From assembly GCA_918797485.1 (NCBI GenBank), contig CAKKNE010000004.1:2852001-2916000 (forward strand): 64,000 nucleotides of DNA. Direction: 5' to 3'. The translations under genes and the position numbers were made by a program. The notes beneath the pieces were generated by a model that did not search any database, was not told where the DNA came from, and saw only the letters and a list, made by a program, of their open reading frames with translations. This document shows positions 10,047 to 20,305 of the stretch, in pieces. This DNA is from Pelagomonas calceolata (Eukaryota). Position 1 is the stretch's first letter. The number at the start of each line of letters is the position of its first letter.

Positions 10047-11525
10047 ATGTCATCATCGCCGCAGAATGATCCCTCGACGGAGTGGGCGCACCAGCAGATG
10101 GCCCGCTTACGGTCGAGGGTCGAGGCGCAGCGTCGCGATGCCGCTGCGGAGGCGGGATCACCGACCGGCGACCGCCTCTCCAAATTGTTAGATAGGGCGC
10201 TGCAGGGGCCCGCTACTACACCAACGTCGCCGCGCGAGGCGCCGGAGCAGCTGCGCACCGAGGCCGCGACGCTGCGAGCGGCCCTCGAGCGCGAGAAGGA
10301 CGCCGCGGAGGAGCTGAGGCGGACGCTCGCCCACGAGGCCGAGGCGAGCGACGGCGTGCGCCGCCAGCTCAAGACGGAACGCGACGCGCACGCGCGGACG
10401 CGAGAGACGGCGGACGCTTCAAGAGACGAGGCCCGAAGAGCCAAGGACGCGAACGCCGTGCTGCGGTCGGAGCTCGCGGCGGCGCACTGCGAGCTGCAGC
10501 GCGCGGCCGACGACCTGAGTCGCATGGCCGACGCGGCGCCGACGGTCGTAAATGGCGACCACGACGCGGCCGTCGAGGCGCTGTGTAGCGCGCTCCGGGC
10601 CGCGGCGCGGCGCGAGGTCGATGCCGTCGTACAGCGGGAGCGCCGGTCCGCGGACGCGGCTTTAGCCAACGCCAAGGATCTGGCGGCGGCGGACCTGGCC
10701 ATGGCCCTGGCCGAGCGGGATGTCGCCCACGGCGAGGCCATGCGCACGCAACACTCAAAGAGCCCCGACGGCTCGGAGGTCGAAAGGTTGACCAAAGAGC
10801 GCGACGAGGCGCGGAAGGAGCGCGACGCGTTCCGCGATGCATTGGGAGAGGCGTCGGCGCAGGCCCAGGGGCTTAAACAGGAGCAGGACAAGTCGCTGCG
10901 TGTTGCTGCCAAGAGGGCGGACGAGACCAAGAAAGAGGGCGCAGAAGCGCAACGTGCCCTCGAGCAGGAGCGGCGCGACCGCCGCGACGCGGACGCGGAG
11001 CGCGAGACGGCATTACGGGTTGCGCGGACGGCCTGGCTGGCCACGCGGCAGCGCCTGCTCGCGGTCGTCGTTTCCGAGCGCGCGCGGGCCGACCGCAACA
11101 AGAAGAGGTACAAGGCGTGTGAGGCTGACCTCGACAAAGCCAACGAGCGGTCGCGGCGCCTGCGGGCCGAGGTCGACGCTTTGAAGCGCCTGCCGCCGCG
11201 GCCGCCGCCCACTCCTTCCCCTGGGCGGCCGGCGCCCACACCACCTACACCTGCCGCCGCGCGGCCGCCGCCCACGCCGCCGCCCTCGGCGCCGTGCCCG
11301 CACACGGGTCTGACACCCGACGTCGCGCACAAGGACGTCGACGACGTCTTCGCCGACGCGGCTGAGGCCGTGCTCTCGTCGCGAGCATCCTCCACGCGGG
11401 CGACGCCGACGGGCTCTCGGGACTACGACGTGGACGACATTTTTCACGAACGGTTGGGCGCGGTGTCCGAGGCGCTCGCGTCGTCGCCGCCGCTGGTGGC
11501 GGGGCGGAAGAAGTATAAGGGCTAG
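10047..11525 (+). CDS. Coiled-coil protein with proline-rich C-terminal linker, unknown function
   Basis: Long E/A/R/K heptad-rich ORF with GC3-biased codons; start could also be ATG 9978. Confidence 0.7.
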   Translation: MSSSPQNDPSTEWAHQQMARLRSRVEAQRRDAAAEAGSPTGDRLSKLLDRALQGPATTPTSPREAPEQLRTEAATLRAALEREKDAAEELRRTLAHEAEASDGVRRQLKTERDAHARTRETADASRDEARRAKDANAVLRSELAAAHCELQRAADDLSRMADAAPTVVNGDHDAAVEALCSALRAAARREVDAVVQRERRSADAALANAKDLAAADLAMALAERDVAHGEAMRTQHSKSPDGSEVERLTKERDEARKERDAFRDALGEASAQAQGLKQEQDKSLRVAAKRADETKKEGAEAQRALEQERRDRRDADAERETALRVARTAWLATRQRLLAVVVSERARADRNKKRYKACEADLDKANERSRRLRAEVDALKRLPPRPPPTPSPGRPAPTPPTPAAARPPPTPPPSAPCPHTGLTPDVAHKDVDDVFADAAEAVLSSRASSTRATPTGSRDYDVDDIFHERLGAVSEALASSPPLVAGRKKYKG

Positions 11526-11689
11526 TTTTGGGTTTATTTAGCCCCGGAAAACATATCCCGCGGCGACGGATTTAAAAAGCTAGTGCCTCTCTGGTTTAAG
11601 TCTGCTCGCGCCACAGCGCGTTTTGCAGCGCCACCAAGGCCTTGCAAGGGGGGTTACACGTATTTTGAGCTAGGATTCACTGCACAGTC

Positions 11690-14600
11690 ATGGCTGAGAT
11701 CCCGCGCGAGCTGCAGGACACGCTCACGAGCGGCGGCAGCGACGCGCCCGCCACGCTGACGAGCGGAGGCCGCCCGCGCCGCGCACGCCAGGCCCCAGCG
11801 CCGGCGCCTCCCGCGCGCAAGAAGCGCCAGGCGCCGCCCGCTGCCGCGCCGGCGCGCAAGAAGCCCAGCGGCCGAAAGCCGCCCGCGGCGCCGGCGGCTT
11901 CGTCGAAGAAACCGGCCGCGGCGCCGGCGCGCTCGAAGAAGGCCGCCGCGCCGCCCAAGAAGCCGGCTGCGGCTCCCAAGAAACCGGCCGCCGCGCCCAA
12001 GAAGAAACCGAGCCGCAAAGCGCCGGCCGAGGAGAAAGCGCCGCCGAAGCGGCGGCGCCAGGAGGCGGAGCCGGAGCCGGAGCCGGCCGCCAAGGCGCCG
12101 ACGGCGCGGCGATCCGCGCGGCTGCGGCCCGAGGCGCTCGCCGCCGTGGCCAAGGCCCAAGAGAAGACGACGCGCGGTTATGATTGGAAGCCGCCGTCGC
12201 AAGGCCCGCACGCGATCGGCGCGGACGGCCTGCCGTACCCGTTGCTGCGCGACGCTGAGAATCGCCTGGACGGGTCGCGGCTGCGCCCGGACGAGGCCTG
12301 GCCGACGCGCGTCATCCCGCGCGCTACCGAAGAATACGGCCAACCGGTGGAGGAGGGCGAAGTCGGCCCCCCTATTCAGGGCGACATCCCGCTCGCGACC
12401 ATGGTCGTCCCTGACCTCCAGTGGCTCAACCGCCAGCCGTCGGAGCCGCTATCGGCGGGCTTGAGTTATTACTACCCTCCCGGCGCCGAGGGCCCGGAGC
12501 GGTGGCGCAGCGGCTATCAAGCTTTCGTCGTCGAGGACAGTTCAGGTGAAGTCTGCGCCGTGAAGCGGGTGAACACGCAGTACGAGTTCGGCTGCCTCTA
12601 CGCCAAGTTACGCCAGCTCGAAAACTGCGTCAGGGACGGGTCGCTGCGCGAGGACGTCGTCACGCGGCGCGGCGCCAACAGCGTCGCCATCGAGATCTGG
12701 ATGACCGACAGCGGCAAATACAACGGCAATTTCCAGTTCGACGAGAACCTCGATCGGGGGTCGATATGGCGCACCGACGAGGACCACGACGAGGCGCTGC
12801 GCGGCGACACCATCAGGAAACCCCCGAAGGACGACTTTTCTAGGTTTGTGAAGTCGGTCGTATTCCGCTACCCCGAGGCGTTTCCCGAGCACGACGACGC
12901 CGGCCAGCGCGGGTGGCGGGCGGTCGAGTATCGCATGGAGGCCCACTGCGAGCCGGGCCCGGACGACGACAATTTGTCGCTGAACCGGTTCCTGGGCGTC
13001 GTGCCTCGCCCTAAGTCCACAGTCTTCAAGGACTCCATCGAGGCGTTCCTCGAGGCCGCGACGACGGACGACGACGGGTCGCCCTGCGCCGATGGCCAGG
13101 GCGCGTCGCGCGCGTGCCACGGCGCCATGCAGTCGCTGTTGTTACCTTATCAGGATCGAGGCGTCGGCTGGATGGTGCGCCGCGAGAACGCGCCCGATCA
13201 TCTCACGTTGCACCCGGCATGGACGCAACAGGTCTCGGACGACGGCTCCGTGTGGTATTTACATCGCCTTACGGGACAGGTCTCGAGGTCTTTCTTTCCG
13301 GCGCCCGTCGCGCATACCTGCGGCGGCATGCTCTGCGACGACGTCGGGCTCGGCAAGTCGATCCAAGTTCTGGGGCTGATTTTATCGAACCCCGCGCCCG
13401 AGGGCTGGGCCGTCGAGAAATTGCCCGCGCGGACCAACGAGCCCGTGCCCTGCAAGGCGACGCTGCTCGTGTGCCCCGCGGCGCTGCTTCCGCAGTGGGA
13501 GCAGGAGATCGAGAAGCACACGCGGGCGGGCTCGCTCAAGTTCGGAACTTATCTAGGCGTGGGCGCCTCGGCGAAGAAGAAGCGCGGCTCCGACGACGCC
13601 CTCGTCGACGACGACTCCGTCGGCGACCACGAGGTCATGGCGCGCATGAGAAGCTTGTTTGGCGAAGGCGATCCCGAGCTGGCGTCGTGCGACATCGTGT
13701 TGTGCTCCTTCGAAACGTTGAGAGACGAATTGCGCAAGGTCCGGTGGGACGAGTCCCAGGACGGTCTGCCGATGTCGACGCCGCTCGGAGCTTTGGGGTT
13801 CTGGCGCGTCGTCCTGGATGAAGCCCAATTAGTCGCGCAGACGACGTCGAAGGCCGCGCTCATGTGCTCGGCATTACTACGGCGCCACGCGTGGGTCGTC
13901 ACCGGCACACCTATCACGAGAAGCGCCGACGAGATCCAGGGCCTGCTCGCGTTCCTCGGCGTGGCGCCTTTTACGGACAAGTACGTCTTTGATCAGCTGT
14001 ATCGAGACCCGCTCAAGTGGCGCAACACGTACGCGGTCGGCTGCGAGCGCATGCCTAATTTATTAAGAGGCCTCATGCTCCGGCGCGGCAAGGACAAGCC
14101 GGGCATCAAGGCCCAGACCAAGCTCCCGCCGCTCATCTGGGAGACGGAGACGCTCGTCGCGGCGCCGGCGGAGCGCGCCGCGGTGCGCGTCGCCCTCGAC
14201 CAGCTGCGCCGCTCCTACCGCGCCTTCGAGCGCGTGCGCGGCTCCGACGAGCCGGGCCGGCGGCGCCCGGGCCGCGGCGCCGCGAAGGCCATCGGCCGGC
14301 TGAACGGCGATCTTACCAGATTGCGCCAGACGATCTGTCACCCGGCCACGGTGAACACTCAAAGAGCCGCGGCGTCGGACGGCGTCTTAGATGACGAGGG
14401 CAACGCCCTGCCCATGGCCGACGTGCTCAAGAAATTAGCGACGAAGGGCGAGAAGCAGCTCGCCACCGCGGCCGCAGCCTTCCTAAGGGCGCGCATCGTC
14501 AACGTCGTCTGTTTCGGCGACGCGAAGCACGAGACGATCCGAGCGGAGGCGGCCGAGCTCTGCTCGAGCCTCGACGACGAAACGACCACGAAGGAGATCA

Positions 14601-15766
14601 ACGCGCTGCTCAAGCGGCTCAAGTCCAACTGGAGCAAGGGTACCAAGGCCATCCGCGCCGGCATGGACGCCGGCGGCGGCGACGACGACGATAGTGAGGA
14701 CGACGACGACGACAGCGAAGCGAGCGACGAGGAGGACGGCGCCGCGAAGACGCGCGTGTTCGACGCGCCGAAGCTCGAGGCCTATTCGCGGAAGCTCTTC
14801 TCTCGGGCGGGCCGCAAGCAGGAGGCGGAGGAGGCGGGCCGCAGGCTCGAGGATAGGGCAAAGGCTGACCTGCGGGACAAGCAGGCGTCACTCAACTACC
14901 TACGGCGCGAGATGGCCAACGCCGAGAAGGAGAAGGAGAAGGCGGCCGCCGACGCGGACGAGGACGACGACGAGGATGAGGACGATGAACCCGTCGAGGT
15001 CCACCAGTGCCCCATCTGCCTCGACGAGCGCACGGTCGACTCGCAGTGGTGCGTGGCGCCGTGCGGCCACGGCGGCTGCCACGAGTGCGTCTCCGAGTGG
15101 GTGCGCCGCGAGCGGTCCTGCCCGATCTGCAAGAAGTCCATGTCGACGGAATTATTACTGGCGTGCTCGGTGCGGCCCGTCGACGATAAAGACAAGAAGG
15201 CGGCCGAGAACGCGCCGAGCTCGGACGTGGCCGAGGCTGCGGCCGCCGGTGAGTGGGGCACGAAATTATCAGCCCTCGTCACGCGCTGCGGCGCCGCGGC
15301 GCGCAAGAAGGAGAAGGTCGTCGTCTTCAGCGCCTGGACGCGCCTGCTCAAGCTAGCCCAGAGCGCCCTCGAGGCGCACGACGTCGACGCCGTGTCTTTA
15401 TCTGGCTCGCCCGACGCCAAGCGCGAGGCGTTGCGCCGCTTCAAGGACGCCACGGTGTTGCTGGTCCCGCTCTACGGCGGCGCGTCGGGGCAGGGCGGTG
15501 GCGGCGCGGCGGGCTTGACGCTCACGAGCGCGTCGACGGCTGTGTTACTAGAACCCGCCCTGCAGCCGGGCATCGAGCAGCAGGCCGCCGGCCGCATCTC
15601 GCGCCTCGGCCAGACGAAGACGGCCAAGGTCGTCCGCCTCATCGTCAAGGACACGGTCGAGGAGAAGATCATGGAGTGGTCCGCGCGCCGCGTCGAGGAC
15701 GGCACGTCGCGCCGCGGCGGCGCCGCGCTCAAGCTGAACGACTTCGTGCAGTTGGGGATTGTGTAG
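11690..15766 (+). CDS. SNF2-family ATPase with RING finger (Rad5/Rad16/SHPRH-like)
   Basis: Motif I LCDDVGLGKS, Ia TLLVCPAALLPQWEQEI, II VVLDEAQ, III VTGTP, C3HC4 RING (CPIC...PCGHGGCHEC...CPIC), KVVVFSAW, VI QAAGRISRLGQ. Confidence 0.92.
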   Translation: MAEIPRELQDTLTSGGSDAPATLTSGGRPRRARQAPAPAPPARKKRQAPPAAAPARKKPSGRKPPAAPAASSKKPAAAPARSKKAAAPPKKPAAAPKKPAAAPKKKPSRKAPAEEKAPPKRRRQEAEPEPEPAAKAPTARRSARLRPEALAAVAKAQEKTTRGYDWKPPSQGPHAIGADGLPYPLLRDAENRLDGSRLRPDEAWPTRVIPRATEEYGQPVEEGEVGPPIQGDIPLATMVVPDLQWLNRQPSEPLSAGLSYYYPPGAEGPERWRSGYQAFVVEDSSGEVCAVKRVNTQYEFGCLYAKLRQLENCVRDGSLREDVVTRRGANSVAIEIWMTDSGKYNGNFQFDENLDRGSIWRTDEDHDEALRGDTIRKPPKDDFSRFVKSVVFRYPEAFPEHDDAGQRGWRAVEYRMEAHCEPGPDDDNLSLNRFLGVVPRPKSTVFKDSIEAFLEAATTDDDGSPCADGQGASRACHGAMQSLLLPYQDRGVGWMVRRENAPDHLTLHPAWTQQVSDDGSVWYLHRLTGQVSRSFFPAPVAHTCGGMLCDDVGLGKSIQVLGLILSNPAPEGWAVEKLPARTNEPVPCKATLLVCPAALLPQWEQEIEKHTRAGSLKFGTYLGVGASAKKKRGSDDALVDDDSVGDHEVMARMRSLFGEGDPELASCDIVLCSFETLRDELRKVRWDESQDGLPMSTPLGALGFWRVVLDEAQLVAQTTSKAALMCSALLRRHAWVVTGTPITRSADEIQGLLAFLGVAPFTDKYVFDQLYRDPLKWRNTYAVGCERMPNLLRGLMLRRGKDKPGIKAQTKLPPLIWETETLVAAPAERAAVRVALDQLRRSYRAFERVRGSDEPGRRRPGRGAAKAIGRLNGDLTRLRQTICHPATVNTQRAAASDGVLDDEGNALPMADVLKKLATKGEKQLATAAAAFLRARIVNVVCFGDAKHETIRAEAAELCSSLDDETTTKEINALLKRLKSNWSKGTKAIRAGMDAGGGDDDDSEDDDDDSEASDEEDGAAKTRVFDAPKLEAYSRKLFSRAGRKQEAEEAGRRLEDRAKADLRDKQASLNYLRREMANAEKEKEKAAADADEDDDEDEDDEPVEVHQCPICLDERTVDSQWCVAPCGHGGCHECVSEWVRRERSCPICKKSMSTELLLACSVRPVDDKDKKAAENAPSSDVAEAAAAGEWGTKLSALVTRCGAAARKKEKVVVFSAWTRLLKLAQSALEAHDVDAVSLSGSPDAKREALRRFKDATVLLVPLYGGASGQGGGGAAGLTLTSASTAVLLEPALQPGIEQQAAGRISRLGQTKTAKVVRLIVKDTVEEKIMEWSARRVEDGTSRRGGAALKLNDFVQLGIV

Positions 15767-15817
15767 TTCCCCGCCTCGTGTAGATAATGACTAACGTGAA
15801 GTGCTTAACTGGACGCA

Positions 15818-16534
15818 CTAGCCGCCCGCCTGGTCGTCCTGGTCCCCGACGTCCGAGTCCGAGTCGCTCGAAATGAGCGCGCTCACGTTGCCGCAGCGCG
15901 CGATGGCTATTTCCTTCGGGGTTTTGGGCCGCGCCGGGACGCGCGGCGTGAGCTGGTTCGAGGCGCTCTGTAAAGCTTTCAGGCGCGTCGCCGCGACGCG
16001 CGCGCGCACGGCCTCGACCTCGGAGGCGCGCGACGTCTCGCGCTTCGTCGAGTCGCGCGCGGACGCCAAGGCGATGTCCTCGGCCGTCGGCAGCGCGAAG
16101 TCGCCGGTGGCGCCGGGCGGCACGTTGGCCTGGTGCGATAATGATTGAGAGGGCAGCGCCAGGGCGGGCACGGTCCCGCCGCCCCGGAGCGGTTTTCGCC
16201 GCGGGCCGTGCTGGAACTTGATCTTCGGGCCCGCGGAGCTCGTCGTGTTCTTGATCTCTTCGCCGGCCGCCGTCGCGGCTTGCGTCGCCATTGTAGCTTT
16301 CGACGCTTCGTTACTCTTGGCCATCTGCACGCGGCCCGCGGGCGGCTGCGTGCGCTTGTATTCATTCGCGGCGGGCGCGGGGAGGATGCCGGGGCCGGGC
16401 AGCCCGCGGTTCACAACCACTGCGGGCTTGGCATCAGCGACAGGCGCCGGGGGCGGCGGCTTGTCTACACTGATAGGTCGGACCGGCGAGACGGGCAGCC
16501 CCTTGATGACCTCGAGCTCCACGACTCTGGCCAT
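15818..16534 (-). CDS. Hypothetical low-complexity protein
   Basis: 238-aa ORF with ATG start, fills the gap between flanking genes; no recognisable domain. Confidence 0.55.
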   Translation of the reverse strand: MARVVELEVIKGLPVSPVRPISVDKPPPPAPVADAKPAVVVNRGLPGPGILPAPAANEYKRTQPPAGRVQMAKSNEASKATMATQAATAAGEEIKNTTSSAGPKIKFQHGPRRKPLRGGGTVPALALPSQSLSHQANVPPGATGDFALPTAEDIALASARDSTKRETSRASEVEAVRARVAATRLKALQSASNQLTPRVPARPKTPKEIAIARCGNVSALISSDSDSDVGDQDDQAGG

Positions 16535-16888
16535 GGTGCTCTGGCCTTAGAGACTAGGCCTAAGCCCTTGGGCAGCCCAAACCTGTAAGGGCAGTGCACA
16601 GGGAGCCGACAGGTGCCGTCCTACGTTTATGGCTGCCCGTCTGCGGGCAACTCGGCGCGATTGTTCGAATCCGGCAGCTTGCTTAAAAAGGCTAGTGTCT
16701 TACCGATGCTAGCTGGCGTGCCGAGGCCGGCTTTACGGCTGTACTCCGGCGCGGTGAGCTACAAAGCGGTGCTGGCGCACTGGACAGCACCGCTGCTACA
16801 GCCGGAGTGCGGCGTCAACGCCTCAACGCCAGCAGTGCGCCGCTCCCTGCCCATTGGCCAATCACTAAAGCAGCCAAAAAAATAAAGG

Positions 16889-19800
16889 ATGACGGCGGAG
16901 GTCGGCCCGGCGCACCAGCGCGCGCGCGAATTCCTCGCGCGCGCCGCCGGCGACGAGACCTACGGCAAATTGGTAGATGAAAACTTCGACGCGGGTGCCT
17001 TCGCCGACGAGATTATACAAAGGGACAGACAAAGATCTTTGGACGACACGGGTCCCAGTGCGGCCGTCGCGGCGGTGGACGCCATCAAGGCCTACAAAGT
17101 GCAATTACAAACGCACATCGAAGACCACGTCGAGGAGTCGCGCGAAGCTCTGTTGAAGAGCAGTAGGGGTCTGCGAGCTTTGAGGGGCGACGTCGAGGCC
17201 GTCGCATTGGCGGCGCGAGAAGCCAAACGCAAGACCTACAAGATGACTAGGAAGCTGACCAAGCCCTACGACTCCTGCGAGCGGAAGACGAGACGATTAC
17301 GTTTAGTGTTCGAGGCGAACGAACTGCTGAGGAGGGCCCAGCGCTGCCGGTTTGCGTTGAGACGTTTAGACGAGAAGCGTGGTTTAAATGACCCGGAGGA
17401 CCTCGCATCACGCGCTGCATTAGTTAATGAGATCGAGGGCCTGGTAGATCCACCTGAGAGGGATGGTAAGAAGCCGGCCTCGCTCGATGCTATTGATGTC
17501 TGTCGCGGGGCCAAGGACGCGGCTCTGGCAGCGCGAGCCGAGCTCGAGACTAGTTCAGACGGCGTGCTCGACGAGGCCCTCTCCACCCTAAATGTTGCAA
17601 GGGCCGGCGCCGCGTTGGCGGTCGCGGCGGAGCTCGGGCGGATTGGCGAGGCTGTTGATAGAGCGCTGCAGCGTTTGTCCGACGCTGCGAGATTGTGCAC
17701 GACGGAGGCGTTAGCGGGGCGCGACCCCTTGGGTGCCGAGGAGCCACTCACGGCGCCCTTCTCGAAGGAAGCGGCGCAAGCCCACGCTAGGAGATGGGCT
17801 AATGCACTCAGGGCCTCGTCGCAACGCGCGGCTCTGTTGGAAACAGCTCTTAGGAAGAGACGCCTCGACAATGGAGCCGAGACCCTGAACGACGTGTGTA
17901 TCAAGAGTGGAGCGCTGCGCGGTGCAAGCACATTGAGACAGCGGCACGCTCGCGAAGCGGCCGCGGCCGTGAGGGAGGCGCTCGTCGAGGCCCTGCGCAA
18001 GGACGAAACGGTGCTTGTCGAAGAGGAGGAGGAGGACGACGAATCCGAGGACGAGGAGGAAGGCGGCGACGCTCCCGCGGAGGAGGTAGAGGACACCCTG
18101 CTCGGCCGAACGAAGTCCATCATCGCCAAGACCGCGGAAAGGACCACGGATCTCATCGACAAGACCCAGGAGCAGCTCGATCGGCTGGACGAGCGCACCG
18201 AAGCTTTGGTGAATGCGGCAGCTAAGACCCTGAAGAAGACGGGCAGCGACGTCAAGGATCGGATCGTGGGAATGTCAGAGAAACGAGCCGCCGATTTAGT
18301 GGCGGAGACACTCGCGGACCACTACCCCGTCGTGCGGCAGGCGTTCCTGACGGAGGTTTGTGAGCCTTTTGAGGATATTGTCGATGACGATGCTGGTTTA
18401 CAGCAACAACGATTGTTTGATGAGTACCCCTCGTTGACGATCGACCCTCTAAATGACGGCGGCATGCTCCCCCTGTCGATGTTGCCGCCGGACGGCGACT
18501 ACCTCGGGTCTGCGGCGAAAGTGGCACCACCCAAGTCCTTTGTGGCGCTGTTCGAGGCCCAGTTTCAGGCTTTGGCTGCTTCCCATGAAAAGTCGGCGTT
18601 CTGCGACGACGAGGATCGAGGCATAGAGCAGGCCCTGGCCGACGCTGCACGGGAGGAACCGGTGCCCGTCGACGACGTTAGTGTAGGTAATAGATTGGAG
18701 ATGGCCTTGACAAGAACTCATTGTAGAGCGGCCGTCGGGCGGGCGGGCGGGCCCAACCCCGAATTCTCAAATTCTTGGGAGACGGAGAATCCGGCCATGG
18801 CGCTGGCCGGCCGCGACTTCGAGCCCGGCGAAGTAAGTAGAAGGCGGCGTTCCGAACGCGGTCCTCATAGGGAACCGGTCAACGTCGAGCTCCCTCGGTC
18901 CGAAGCCGTCCAGGCTGAAAGTTCGGTGGAGTCGTTGGGCGATGCGTTAGAACCACTCGAGGCCCGCTATTTGACGCAGTGCCGCGAAAGGTTGCTCGGT
19001 CCGATTAGAATGGTCTATCCGGAGCGGGAAGGCTACGACGCCGACGTGCCGACGCATAGTGATGTGGAAAAATTAGTAGGTATCGGGCGCGAGGAGCTGC
19101 GGAGGGTCGACGATGTAAGTTTGGAGGACGCGGTCTGCGGCGAGATCTCGAACGCGTGTCGCGAATTTGCTGAGAGAGCGACGCGAGCTTTAAGAAACGT
19201 CCCGGCGGCGCGGGACGCCAAGGCCTTCGGGAAGCTTCCTAGAGCGGTCACTGAAGCCTACGCGTCGACGAAACCGACGGATGGGCTCATTGTGCCGCGC
19301 GCCGAGTGGCGCGCTTCGGTCAGAGAGGAATTTGATGCCAGGACGGCCGGGGCCTGCGCCGTTTTAAGGAAGGGCGTCTCCCTCCTCAAGGCGACGCCTT
19401 CATTAGGGCCAGGATTGGATGCGTTAGATGCGGTCTGCGCGCGCGTGTCCAACCGCGGCGCCGACGCCGCGGCTTATGTGTGTTGCGCCCAGCTGGCGAA
19501 CGCCGACGTCGAGGAGGACTACTCTGATGGGAGGGACGCCTCGTCCGGTTCTCCGCTCGGCGCGTCGCCCTGCGTCGTGCGGCTGCTGTCGTCGCTGCAC
19601 GCCATTAGAGCAGGGTACCTCGCGTTCCTGCCCGCGTGGCCGAAGCTCCAGCCGAACCAGGACTCGCCCTCAGCCCGCGCGGCGATCCCGGCGCTCGCGG
19701 CCCGCGTCGCGCGCCAATGTAGTTCCCATATCTGCCTGCGGCGGCCGCTCGCCGGCGGCGGGCGATTGGTGGTAGCGCGCGACATTGATGTGCTCTGCGA

Positions 19801-20305
19801 CGCGCTCGCGGACTACGAACCCGAACCTGGCGACGCCGTGGAGGCGTCCGCGGAGCTCAGGGCCGCGCTCGACGAACTGGGAGCTGTAAAGCGCTTGCTT
19901 TTCGTGGAACCACGCTTGGCCGAGGGCGAGACGCGCGCGGGCGCGGTGCTCCGGGCCGGTTTGGAGCTGGCGCCCGTCCTCCGGCCCTCCTGCGCCTGGC
20001 ATCATTGTCTGGCGGCGTGCGGCCACGCGCGGCTGCCGCTGCCCGACGCCCTCGACGTCGCGGAAGACGTCGAGGCGTCGCCCGCTCTACGGACGGCGTA
20101 CGTCGCGCAGCTCTGCGGCGGCGACGACTTCGGCGCGGCGGACTCCCCCGAGACGCGGCGCGCGCGGGAGGAGCGCGCCTGGCTCGACGTCCAACGATGT
20201 CTTGACGCGTGGGCGACGCGTGCGTCCGCCACGGGCGTGTCGGCGCTCGGCGACGTGTATGAGTCTATGCAACGGAGCGGTGCGGAGCTGCGGGTTAATA
20301 CTTAG
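16889..20305 (+). CDS. COG5: Conserved oligomeric Golgi complex subunit 5
   Basis: N-terminal FDAGAFA...LTKPYD...LRLVFEANELLRRAQR and C-terminal HICLRRPLAGGGRLVVARD resemble conserved COG5 blocks; long internal insertions. Confidence 0.75.
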   Translation: MTAEVGPAHQRAREFLARAAGDETYGKLVDENFDAGAFADEIIQRDRQRSLDDTGPSAAVAAVDAIKAYKVQLQTHIEDHVEESREALLKSSRGLRALRGDVEAVALAAREAKRKTYKMTRKLTKPYDSCERKTRRLRLVFEANELLRRAQRCRFALRRLDEKRGLNDPEDLASRAALVNEIEGLVDPPERDGKKPASLDAIDVCRGAKDAALAARAELETSSDGVLDEALSTLNVARAGAALAVAAELGRIGEAVDRALQRLSDAARLCTTEALAGRDPLGAEEPLTAPFSKEAAQAHARRWANALRASSQRAALLETALRKRRLDNGAETLNDVCIKSGALRGASTLRQRHAREAAAAVREALVEALRKDETVLVEEEEEDDESEDEEEGGDAPAEEVEDTLLGRTKSIIAKTAERTTDLIDKTQEQLDRLDERTEALVNAAAKTLKKTGSDVKDRIVGMSEKRAADLVAETLADHYPVVRQAFLTEVCEPFEDIVDDDAGLQQQRLFDEYPSLTIDPLNDGGMLPLSMLPPDGDYLGSAAKVAPPKSFVALFEAQFQALAASHEKSAFCDDEDRGIEQALADAAREEPVPVDDVSVGNRLEMALTRTHCRAAVGRAGGPNPEFSNSWETENPAMALAGRDFEPGEVSRRRRSERGPHREPVNVELPRSEAVQAESSVESLGDALEPLEARYLTQCRERLLGPIRMVYPEREGYDADVPTHSDVEKLVGIGREELRRVDDVSLEDAVCGEISNACREFAERATRALRNVPAARDAKAFGKLPRAVTEAYASTKPTDGLIVPRAEWRASVREEFDARTAGACAVLRKGVSLLKATPSLGPGLDALDAVCARVSNRGADAAAYVCCAQLANADVEEDYSDGRDASSGSPLGASPCVVRLLSSLHAIRAGYLAFLPAWPKLQPNQDSPSARAAIPALAARVARQCSSHICLRRPLAGGGRLVVARDIDVLCDALADYEPEPGDAVEASAELRAALDELGAVKRLLFVEPRLAEGETRAGAVLRAGLELAPVLRPSCAWHHCLAACGHARLPLPDALDVAEDVEASPALRTAYVAQLCGGDDFGAADSPETRRAREERAWLDVQRCLDAWATRASATGVSALGDVYESMQRSGAELRVNT

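Noticed and set aside
9959..11395. Long antisense or alternative-frame ORFs (478 aa here; similar at 17266-18255, 38280-39488, 43202-44233)
   Set aside because: Expected from high GC and codon bias on the opposite strand of real genes.
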